This document shows, in pieces, positions 38,101 to 46,807 of a DNA stretch of 64,000 bases; position 1 is the first letter of the stretch; every line of letters starts with the position of its first letter. The DNA lies in assembly GCA_963815195.1 (NCBI GenBank), contig CAWFGE010000012.1, positions 256,001 through 320,000 on the forward strand, given 5' to 3'. Below the pieces are notes generated by a model, which did no database searches, was not told the origin of the DNA, and saw only the letters and a program-made list of their open reading frames with translations. This DNA is from an uncultured Planctomycetaceae bacterium. Lineage in GTDB: Bacteria; Planctomycetota; Planctomycetia; Planctomycetales; Planctomycetaceae. Both the position numbers and the translations under genes were made by a program.

Positions 38101-38337
38101 CAGAGAATGTAGGGCCGGCTGTGCCGGCCATCGACGAGGTGGAGCGGTCTGTTCTCCAATCCAAAAGCCAGCAGAGCCGGCCCTACACTTAATCATCGAA
38201 ACTCTGCTTCTCTATTGCCAATCCATCGGAAAATGGATTAACCACCGATCGCCTACTTTTCGGAATCGAATCGTGCGAACGATTGGTTTTTGTCTTCGGG
38301 TTGAGGCGGTGGTCGATTTCAAGCCGGAATTCAAAGG

Positions 38338-39153
38338 TTATTTGGAAAGCAGCTTGAATTCCGGGTCATTGGTTCCTTCCTTGACTGTGAATTTGAGCTC
38401 CGATTTCACGTTGTATTGAGTGGGAATGTTCGTTTCCGAAGACATAATTCGGACAAAGTAATTTCCGAGGGCGGCACCTTTGAGATCTTTTGCATATTCA
38501 AGTTCGAACTTTCCTTCCTTGTCCGTGACGCCGATAGACTCGGCTGGTAATTCGTCCGGTTTCCATTCGTCTTGTGGAACAAATGTGACCACGGCATGGG
38601 GAAGCGGTTGACCGTCAAGAGTGACCGTTCCTGTCACGACTTCCAGTGGTGGATGTTCCACGGTTGTCATCATAGACGACATTAACCAGTATAAGCCGAT
38701 ACAGGCCACAAGGACTGCCGCCGCACTAGGAAGAATGATCTTCGCATTGTATTTGAAGTATTCGACAGCATTCTTGTTGTCGTCCAACAATTTCTTGACG
38801 CCCGTCCTTTCATCCGCCAGTTGATCCTCCGGTTTCTTTTTCGATTTGAGTAACTGGTAGGCGATGTTGCTGGTATCAGATGCCGCAGAACTGGGAGTCG
38901 AGGGTTTTTCGCGGCGGACTTCCTCTTGGGAGCGCAATTCCGAGAGCGGGGGAAGTGAAACTTCGCGGTTTATTGCAGCACGCTTACTTGTTTCCCCAGC
39001 GGCGACGGCCTCGCTTTTTTCGGGGACCGTCGCCTCGCTTTTCTGGGGGACCGTCATGGTGTTTTTGCATTTGGAGCAAACTACTTTTTTTCCGATGTAG
39101 TCGTCCGGCGCTTTGAGTCTCTTGCCGCATTGACACAAAAATCGAATAGTCAT
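38338..39153 (-). CDS. Zn-ribbon + TM + carboxypeptidase-regulatory-like domain protein (DUF1559 partner)
   Basis: CQCGKRLK...CSKC; TM; VTGTVTLDGQPLPHAVVTFVP...GVTDKEGKFEL...IPTQYN..SEL. Confidence 0.8.
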   Translation of the reverse strand: MTIRFLCQCGKRLKAPDDYIGKKVVCSKCKNTMTVPQKSEATVPEKSEAVAAGETSKRAAINREVSLPPLSELRSQEEVRREKPSTPSSAASDTSNIAYQLLKSKKKPEDQLADERTGVKKLLDDNKNAVEYFKYNAKIILPSAAAVLVACIGLYWLMSSMMTTVEHPPLEVVTGTVTLDGQPLPHAVVTFVPQDEWKPDELPAESIGVTDKEGKFELEYAKDLKGAALGNYFVRIMSSETNIPTQYNVKSELKFTVKEGTNDPEFKLLSK

Positions 39154-39352
39154 TCGTCGGCCCACTTTGTTTGAGAAAAAAAGAATCTCGCCCGCACGAG
39201 CTTAGACAAGCTGGCAGGTTTAGGCGTTAGTGGAGAAACAACTGTCCGATGATCAGCCGGAACGCCCTCTGCGCCCGGTTATCCACGCGAACCTGGGCAG
39301 TTATTCATCGAATGATCCTTGAAAACTATTAATCACGGCCAAGGCAAATTCC

Positions 39353-40393
39353 TTACTTATTGACCGGGATACCGTTCGCCATATTCCCCAAATTGGCGAA
39401 TAGGAAGCCGTTGATGTTTTGTGACAGCGGGCGAACTGAACCATCTGCAAATCCATAGTTGGCGATACCAGCATGTGCGCTGCCGGAACCTGCGATGCCG
39501 AGTCCTTTGTTCGGTCCCCAGCGGGTGCTGAACATTGTGGCGGCCCCTCCCCAGGCCCAGCCGTCGCGGCTGACCATGCCATCAATAACGCCGGGGCGAG
39601 TTAATCTCTGAGCCTCTCCGACGATGATCACATTCATTTGGCCATCTGAAATATTACTCATATTCGTGCTGCTGTTCACAGAAAAAATGCCAATATCGAA
39701 CGGATAAGGCGTGTACATAATTCCGGGAGGGCCGTATTGTGTTGGCTGAACGGGCATGTTCCGATTTTGTGCCGGCGACACAGCCCAAGTTGCTCCGGGG
39801 AGACCTGCGGACGCCGGGTTGAACGCGATGCCTGAACCAATACAGCCCGCGTAGTCGTTCCCCCCTTTGGTAAAGTTAGGATTCACTCTTTGAAGATTAG
39901 CGAATTGGGTAAGCTGCATAGTGCTACGCCGAGACGGACAATAGAATACTGGTATATTTGACTGAGCAGGTGTAAATACGTCAGTGGCCAGTAATCGAAC
40001 ACCGTTCCCATAAACATTGCGACTAAAATTCCAAACGTTGTATATTTGTGCCTGCTCAAGCATGGGTAAAATGTGGAGCATCCAACTCGTTCCATGCCGC
40101 CCCGTACTCGTGATCTGAGTGCCTTCGGTCGCATAAGCGTACGTAAACGCTGCAGTCGAAACATAAGTAGTTGTTAGTTCACCAGGAGGAAACATCAAGT
40201 GAAGGTCGTGATAGTTGTGCAGCGCCAAGACAATTTGTTTTAAGTTGTTCTGGCATGCTGACCGGCGAGCTGCTTCTCGTGCCTGTTGAACCGCCGGCAA
40301 AAGCAACGAAACCAAAATGGCAATGATTGCGATTACTACCAACAATTCAATCAACGTGAAGCCTTGAGGGCGGGACGTTCGATTCCTACGCAT
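39353..40393 (-). CDS. DUF1559 prepilin-type N-terminal cleavage/methylation protein
   Basis: [51 protein letters not shown]9-DG ([12 protein letters not shown]). Confidence 0.95.
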   Translation of the reverse strand: MRRNRTSRPQGFTLIELLVVIAIIAILVSLLLPAVQQAREAARRSACQNNLKQIVLALHNYHDLHLMFPPGELTTTYVSTAAFTYAYATEGTQITSTGRHGTSWMLHILPMLEQAQIYNVWNFSRNVYGNGVRLLATDVFTPAQSNIPVFYCPSRRSTMQLTQFANLQRVNPNFTKGGNDYAGCIGSGIAFNPASAGLPGATWAVSPAQNRNMPVQPTQYGPPGIMYTPYPFDIGIFSVNSSTNMSNISDGQMNVIIVGEAQRLTRPGVIDGMVSRDGWAWGGAATMFSTRWGPNKGLGIAGSGSAHAGIANYGFADGSVRPLSQNINGFLFANLGNMANGIPVNK

Positions 40394-41234
40394 GGTGGGT
40401 CTCCGGGAAATGAAAGAGATTCAATTGCGCTTTGGCGTCGAACGTTGACGAAAGCGCTCATGTACCACGCACTTTAACGAGTGCCGAGCCGCGCATGTTT
40501 CGCCGTCGCTTCGGCCATTGATTTGGCAAGGCGACGGCGGATGGGGCGACTCCTCCCGTGGGTTGGGCTGTGGGGAGGTTGTAGCCAAGAATGAACACGA
40601 CCTGATCGTATAAAGTCCTCTTATGAACCTTGTTGGCAAAAGTTCATTCGTATCATTACGTCAGCATCGAACTCTCGGTGCCCAAGACCTGGTGATTGAC
40701 TGAATAAGTCACGTCTTGGATTTTTGGCTCCTTGTCATCACCCGCCCTAAAGGCAAGGTTCTCATTCCCGTTCCATGATACGAGCGTTTCGGCGCAGAGT
40801 AGAGGTTGCGTGGTGGCTCTCTGTTTTGGAAAGTGGGGAGAAATGATACCCCCCAATTCTTCGGAGCAACCACGATTATAACTGCGTCTTTTGGGAATTT
40901 CAAATTTAGATTTGAGATTTTTTATCGGTATTTACCTAGCTTATTACCTGTTCCTATGTCGTTCGATGTTTGCTCGGCGTGGTTGCGTTTTGGAATGGGG
41001 GAAAGCCCGCTCAGCGAACGGCGGTCGTTCTGGATACGAACACCATAGAGTCGTGTTCCGTTCTCGGGTTTAGGTTGATCCCTTGGGGCCGGGTTCAACC
41101 TGTTAATGTTGGATCAAGATTCCCGAGACGAGTGGCCTGTAGGACCGGCTTTACGTGGCTGCCGTTGCTGGCTTCGCAATGGATGCCGCGGCCGATTCGG
41201 CTTCAAAGACCAACGCATCCCGTCCTGGCTGGGC

Positions 41235-41264
41235 TTGACACGTAAGGAGTTCCTTACCTATACT
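41235..41264 (+). promoter_or_regulatory. sigma70 promoter with an operator palindrome in the spacer; probably leaderless
   Basis: TTGACA (41235)-18 bp-TATACT (41259); GTAAGGA-GT-TCCTTAC at 41242-41257; ATG 6 nt after the -10. Confidence 0.75.
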
Positions 41265-41270
41265 GGCCGC

Positions 41271-41603
41271 ATGGTGGTGACTCCCAATCGCGAACCCGAC
41301 GTCTTCGGAGCGATCAGCCATCCCGCGCGGCGGCGGATGCTCGATCTGCTTGCGGAGACGGACCGGTCCGTCTCCGCGATTGCGGGACATTTCCAGATGA
41401 GCCGCCCGGCGGTCTCGCAGCACCTCCGTGTGTTGCTCGATGCCGGTCTCGTGACCGAAGAGCGGCACGGCCGCGAACGCCGCTACCATTTCGTCCCCGA
41501 ACAGCTCGGCCCGGTGCGGGACTGGATCGCGCAATACGAGCGGTTCTGGGACGAGCACCTGCAGCGTCTTCAAAAGCACTTGTCCCAGAGGAACGGCGAA
41601 TGA
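41271..41603 (+). CDS. ArsR/SmtB family transcriptional regulator
   Basis: DVFGAISHPARRRML, MSRPAVSQHLRVL, GRERRY. Confidence 0.92.
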   Translation: MVVTPNREPDVFGAISHPARRRMLDLLAETDRSVSAIAGHFQMSRPAVSQHLRVLLDAGLVTEERHGRERRYHFVPEQLGPVRDWIAQYERFWDEHLQRLQKHLSQRNGE

Positions 41604-42040
41604 CTCAAACGATTCGAAGAGAGATTCTGATTCCTCAGCCGCGGGAACAGGTCTGGCGAGCGCTCACGAACAGGAGTGCGCTGGCGGAGTGGATGTATCC
41701 CAACGATTTCGAGCCGCGCGTCGGCCACCATTTCACCTTCCAGGTGCCGCCGAACCCCAAGGCGGGTTTCGCTGGGCTGGTCGTGGATTGCGAGGTGCTG
41801 GAATGCGAACCGCCCGGCCGGCTCGCGTTCTCGTGGTCGGCTGGCGGGCTCGTCGATACGCGGGTGAGCTTCCGCCTCGAACCCGACGGCGATGGTACAC
41901 GTCTTTTCTTCGAGCATTCCGGCTTTGATGTCTCCCAGCCGTTTGGCGAGCAGGCGTTCCGCGGGGCCGAGTTTGGCTGGGCGAAGATGCTCAAACAGCT
42001 TGCAGCCGTGGTCGCGGGCTTCGCGGCCGAACCCCAATAG
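41600..42040 (+). CDS. SRPBCC/AHSA1 domain protein
   Basis: VWRALT...LAEW, EPP.RLAFSW, GTRL..EHSGF, GW; ATGA overlap. Confidence 0.9.
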   Translation: MTQTIRREILIPQPREQVWRALTNRSALAEWMYPNDFEPRVGHHFTFQVPPNPKAGFAGLVVDCEVLECEPPGRLAFSWSAGGLVDTRVSFRLEPDGDGTRLFFEHSGFDVSQPFGEQAFRGAEFGWAKMLKQLAAVVAGFAAEPQ

Positions 42041-42050
42041 GAGAGCCAGC

Positions 42051-42284
42051 ATGAACCAGGGCACCAAACGTTCGATATTTCGTTGGATTCACATCATCTT
42101 CAGCATTCCGATCCTCGGCTATATTTATAGTCCATTTGAAGAGATTCCCAACTACGCCCCGGCGACTCGGTTTGTGTTCGTTCCTGTGCTTGTTCTTTCC
42201 GGATTGTGGATGTGGAAGGGCCATGTCCTCGGGCGACTTTTTGCGAAAAGATCGGGGCCGCAAGGCGCTGCAGATCACCCCTAG
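42051..42284 (+). CDS. Small membrane protein
   Basis: GGAG RBS; two hydrophobic segments, RWIHIIFSIP and SGLWMWKG. Confidence 0.75.
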   Translation: MNQGTKRSIFRWIHIIFSIPILGYIYSPFEEIPNYAPATRFVFVPVLVLSGLWMWKGHVLGRLFAKRSGPQGAADHP

Positions 42285-42333
42285 CCGGTTTCACATGAAC
42301 GTCAACTGTCATCACACACCATATGAGTTCCCC

Positions 42334-42996
42334 ATGAATCAAGGCATCGATGCGAAAAGGAATCCTGAGGTTGATGACTATTTAAGGAAAGCCAAAAAGT
42401 GGCAGGAGGAATTGCGGACATTGAGAACGATCGTTCTCGACGGTCAGCTGACCGAAGAATTCAAGTGGCGGGCGCCTTGTTACACGTTTCAGGGCCGGAA
42501 TGTCGTCATACTCGGCGGATTCAAAGATTTCTGTGCGATGACGTTTTTCAAAGGCGCCTTGTTAACAGACCCCGATGGCGTACTCGCCAAACCGGGGGAG
42601 CATACGCAGGCGGCACGCTTGATCCGGTTCACCAGCGTTCCGGAAATCGTGGAGAGGGAAGCCATCTTGAAAGCGTATCTCAATGAAGCCATTGAAGTGG
42701 AAAAAGCCGGCTTGAAAGTGGATTTCAAAGAGAAAACAGAGCTGGTTTATCCTGAAGAGCTTCAACACAAACTGGATGAAATCCCCGCCTTGAGAACCGC
42801 GTTTGAAGCATTGACGCCGGGACGGCAAAGGGCGTACCTACTTCATTTTTCCGCACCCAAACAATCGAAGACCCGCGAGTCGAGGATTGAGAAATGCATG
42901 GAGCGAATTTTCGCTGGCAAGGGATTGAACGATTGCATTTGTGGTCACTCTCAAAAGCTGCCCCACTGCGACGGCTCGCATAAGCTCATTCGATGA
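42334..42996 (+). CDS. YdeI/OmpD-associated (DUF1801+OmdA) protein with C-terminal CDGSH Fe-S motif
   Basis: EEFKWRAPCY, FFKGALL.DP, FEALTPGRQRAY...KQSKTR; CICGHSQKLPHCDGSH. Confidence 0.9.
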   Translation: MNQGIDAKRNPEVDDYLRKAKKWQEELRTLRTIVLDGQLTEEFKWRAPCYTFQGRNVVILGGFKDFCAMTFFKGALLTDPDGVLAKPGEHTQAARLIRFTSVPEIVEREAILKAYLNEAIEVEKAGLKVDFKEKTELVYPEELQHKLDEIPALRTAFEALTPGRQRAYLLHFSAPKQSKTRESRIEKCMERIFAGKGLNDCICGHSQKLPHCDGSHKLIR

Positions 42997-44298
42997 ACGT
43001 CAACGGTCCCCACGGCGGACTCGACCTGTACGCCACCCAGGCTGCGATGCCGCCGCCGAGGGCGGCCAGAATCACCAGCGAAACGACGACGCCCACGCTG
43101 CGGTGCCAGCCGGCGAAGACCACGGAGTAAACGGCTTTTAAGAGGTTGTTCGAGGAGGCGGCGATCAGGATGGCGATGGCCGTCGCGGTCTGGTCCAGCC
43201 CGGCGACGCCGCCTTGGGCCACGCTCAATACGAACGGGTCGATGTCCGTGACGCCAACGATCGCGGCCAGCGCAAACACCCCGGCGTGGCCGAAGCGGGA
43301 TTTCACCCAGGAAGAGCCGAGGGAGATTAAAACGAACAGAACCGCGAAGAGCAAAGCCGCCGGGATTTCGAGCGGGTTTTTCGCTTCGGGCGCGGGAACC
43401 TCCTGAACCGTGTCCGTTCGCCCGCCGCGCCACAGGCAAATTGCCGCGAGGATTCCCCCCGCGGCCGCCAACGCCGCCAAAGGCCCCGCCAGGTCCATCG
43501 CCAGCGGAAGATTGAAAATCGCGACGACCACGCCCAGCCGCAGGTACATCATCGCCGTGGACAGGACGATGCCGGACTGGAACTCGTGCCGGTTCCGCGG
43601 ATCCTGCTTGAGCCGTGCGCCAAAACAACGGTGGTCGCGGTCGAGGAATAGAGTCCGCCCAGGACGGACGTGAAGAACAAACTGCCTTGGGGCGATAACA
43701 GTTTCTGGAGCAGATAGCTTCCATAAGACAAGGACGACACCACGATCACGGCCAGCCACACCTGGAACGGCGTGATCGGCGTGAGCGCCAAAACGGGTTT
43801 GTCCGGCAGCAAGGGCAGCACGACGCCGATCAACACGAGAAACTGCGCCAGGGTCAGAATCTCTTTGCCGGGAATGCGCTCCGCCAGGGCATGCAGGCGG
43901 TCGCGGGCGCGGAGCAAAAGCACGGCGGTGACGCTCAGGCCGAACGCCAGCCAAGGCGGTTGCGTCAATGCGACCGGCCCCAACAGAAACGCGACCAGAT
44001 TGCACAGCGGGACCATAATCCCGTCGGCGTATTCGCTGGTTTCCTCGCGGCGAGAGACTTCGGACTGATAATACGGATAAAGCCAGACGCCCAGCACGAT
44101 CAAACCCACGCAGAACGCGGCCGCGAACTTCGGTTCCAGGGCGTAAAGGATCGCCCCGCTCAGCGAAAGCAGCGGGAACGTGCGAATGCCTCCCGGCCGG
44201 CTGCGGGCTGACTTCCAGTAGAAGCCTTCAAACGACAGCCCGAAGAAGAACGACAGCCCCAGCAGAACCCCCAGCTTTTCCGCGGTCAAGAGTTCCAT
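42986..44298 (-). CDS. MgtC/SapB + DUF4010 membrane protein; frameshift near 43620
   Basis: GGIRTFPLL, VVLPLLPD, GGLYSSTATT, GVTDIDPF, SNNLLK. Confidence 0.85.
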
Positions 44299-44335
44299 GG
44301 GCCGGGTCTTTCATGAGGCTGCTGAAAGCGAAACC

Positions 44336-45065
44336 TTAAGGCTCCTTCAGCCAGCTCGCGACGAAGGGCTGCTTCAAACTGTATGGATCGAAGAGGATGC
44401 GGCTACGATCGGCGTTTCGTACGAGCTTTCCCATCACCTGGAGCGCTTTCCCGCGCGTCGTCGGGGGCAGGTAGTAAATCATCTTGCGGCAGATGATGAA
44501 GTCGAACGTCTGAGCCGTATCGAACGCGTCCACACTCGATGGCTCGAAGCGGATGCGGTCGCGAAGCTCCGGCAGGGGCCGCCGGGGATCCGTCATCCCG
44601 CGAGTTTGGGCATCGGGTTCCATTTTTGGAAAAAACCGCTCGCAGCGCCTCCATCCACTCCAGGGTTTTCGCGGCGACGCCGGGCGTGTCGTCGTTGCTT
44701 CGAGCCCGCCGCGTTTCCAAGTCCCAGTCGTAAATGCCGCGGCGTGCGATTTCGACCGCGGCCGAGTTGATGTCGATGCCTTCGATTTGAAACTCGATGC
44801 CCGCATCGAGGCACACGGCACCGACGGAATAAGCTTCCTGCCCCGTGGCACAGCCCACGTTTAAGATTTGGAGCGGAACACACGTTTTTCGCCATTCCTC
44901 GACGAGAGCGTCCCGGTATTCTTCGACATCGCGAAACAGGTACGTGTAAGGCACGGAGGTCGCGTTTTGAAGGAAGGCGCGAAATGGCAGAAGCCTTCCG
45001 AGACCTTGGACCAACCAGCCCACAAGCGGTCTGAAGGACGGGGAGAAACTTGCGGTTTTTTCCAT
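44336..45065 (-). CDS. Stand-alone CheR-like SAM methyltransferase; frameshift near 44600
   Basis: TYLFRD, GCATGQEAYS, GIDI...ARRGIY, FDFIICRKMIYY. Confidence 0.8.
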
Positions 45066-45199
45066 TGACGTTCCTTGAGTTCAGGAGGTCTCAGAAATTG
45101 AATTCCCGCCTGAGTTCCTGATCGCAATTTCAAACGGACTGGTTGTCGAGAGCCACATTTGAACCGCGCCTTGCTGGTCCGCGTCGCGGGCGTGCTTTT

Positions 45200-45691
45200 T
45201 CAGCTTGAGCCGACTTTCGCCAGCCGGCTTTCCGCGGCGGCTTGGACGGCTTTGACGATTTTATCGTACCCCGTGCAGCGGCAGAGGTTGTTGGCGAGGT
45301 AGAAGCGGATTTCGTCTTCGGTCGGCCGAGGGTTGGAAGAGAGCAAGGCTTCGGTCTGCACGATGAAGCCCGGCGTGCAGATGCCGCATTGCAGAGCCGC
45401 CCCTTCGAGGAACGCTTGCTGGACTTCATCCAGATGGCTGCCGCAGGCGATGCCTTCGATCGTGCGGAGTTCCGCGCCCTCGGCTTCCACGCCGAGCACG
45501 AGGCAACTGACGACGGGGCGGCCGTTCATGAGCACGGTGCAGGCGCCGCAGTTGCCGTTGGAGCAGCCTTCCTTGGTGCCGGTGAGGTCCAGGACATCCC
45601 GCAGGACTTCGAGCAGGGTTTGCCGGGGTTCGCAGAGGAACTCGACGGCATCGCCGTTGATCGTCATTGAGACAACGCGTTTTTTTGACAT
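45200..45691 (-). CDS. CoxS/CutS-like (2Fe-2S) subunit of a molybdenum hydroxylase
   Basis: GTKEGCSNGNCGACTV, QCGICTPG, NLCRCTGY. Confidence 0.93.
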   Translation of the reverse strand: MSKKRVVSMTINGDAVEFLCEPRQTLLEVLRDVLDLTGTKEGCSNGNCGACTVLMNGRPVVSCLVLGVEAEGAELRTIEGIACGSHLDEVQQAFLEGAALQCGICTPGFIVQTEALLSSNPRPTEDEIRFYLANNLCRCTGYDKIVKAVQAAAESRLAKVGSS

Positions 45692-45794
45692 GATTTGTTC
45701 CGAAGTAGTATTCGTGAAATCGTGGTATTTTCTGGAAAGGGAATCATCATTGGGCTGACGCGGGCACCGACCGTAGGTTGGTCTGCTCGCCGGC

Positions 45795-46691
45795 TCATGT
45801 GCCGGGGTGATAGTCGATTTGTTCGCCCTTTGCGCGGGCGATGGCGGCTTTGAGGACGCGCTCGGTGAGGACGCCGGTGATGTGCTTGCGGTATTCCACC
45901 GTGCCCCGCATGTCGGTGATGGGGTGGATGATCTCGCGGGCGGCCTGGGCGGCTTTGGCGAGGAGTTCCTCGGTGATCGGCTGCCCAGCCAACAGGCTCC
46001 CGGCTTTTTCCGCCAACAGCGGCGTGGGGGCGACGGCTCCCAAAGCGATGCGGGCGGAGATAATCTTTTCGCCGGCTTCGTCCAGTTCCACGGCCGCCGC
46101 GACGCCGACGACTGCGATGTCCATTTCGTTCCGGGGAATAAACCGCCGGTAGTGCGAACCGCTCTCGGGCTTCGGCGCGGGAAGGCGGATTTCGAGCAGG
46201 ATCTCGCCGGGCTTTAACACGTTGGTGCCCGGCCCGGTGCAGAAGGCTTCGGCGGGGACTTCGCGGGTGCCGGTTTGGTTGGCGATCACACATGTCGCCC
46301 CGAGCGCGATCAGGCTGGGCGTGCTGTCGGCGGCAGGGCCGGAGTTGCACAAGTTCCCGCCCACGCTGGCCCGGCTCTGGATTTGGATCCCGCCGATGAT
46401 CCGGCAACTGTCCGCGAGGGCCGCGTAGTTCTTGGCGATCTCGGGATTCTCATAAACCCGATAGCAAGGCACCGCAGCGCCGAGCCGAAGCCCGTCCGCT
46501 CCTACGACCAGCCCGTTGAGTTCGGGGATTTTTTTGAGATCGACCAACAGCTTCGGCCGCAGCCGGCCCATGCGGACGTGGTCGATCAAATCGGTGCCGC
46601 CGGCGAGCGGGCGGGCCTGGCCGTTTTGCTCGGCGAACAGGGCGAGGGCTTCCTCGAGCGTGGCTGGTGCTTGAAAATCAAATTCGTGCAT
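45795..46691 (-). CDS. CoxM/CutM-like FAD-binding subunit
   Basis: LAGGTDL, ASVGGNLCN..PAAD, ARIALGAVAPTP, PITDMRGT.EYR. Confidence 0.92.
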   Translation of the reverse strand: MHEFDFQAPATLEEALALFAEQNGQARPLAGGTDLIDHVRMGRLRPKLLVDLKKIPELNGLVVGADGLRLGAAVPCYRVYENPEIAKNYAALADSCRIIGGIQIQSRASVGGNLCNSGPAADSTPSLIALGATCVIANQTGTREVPAEAFCTGPGTNVLKPGEILLEIRLPAPKPESGSHYRRFIPRNEMDIAVVGVAAAVELDEAGEKIISARIALGAVAPTPLLAEKAGSLLAGQPITEELLAKAAQAAREIIHPITDMRGTVEYRKHITGVLTERVLKAAIARAKGEQIDYHPGT

Positions 46692-46807
46692 AGGTGTGGG
46701 CTTTTGGTGTTCGTCTTGAGGGTCAATCGATACCGACACGTCCCTTAGTTTTACCCGCACACGCCCGGCACGAAAAGTCAGCGGCCGGAAGTTCTGTTCG
46801 CGAGCGC

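Noticed and set aside
40421..41245. Short ORFs in the DUF1559-ArsR intergenic region
   Set aside because: Overlapping, no RBS, no motifs
45200..46691. Aerobic CO dehydrogenase
   Set aside because: No large subunit, so the substrate cannot be assigned
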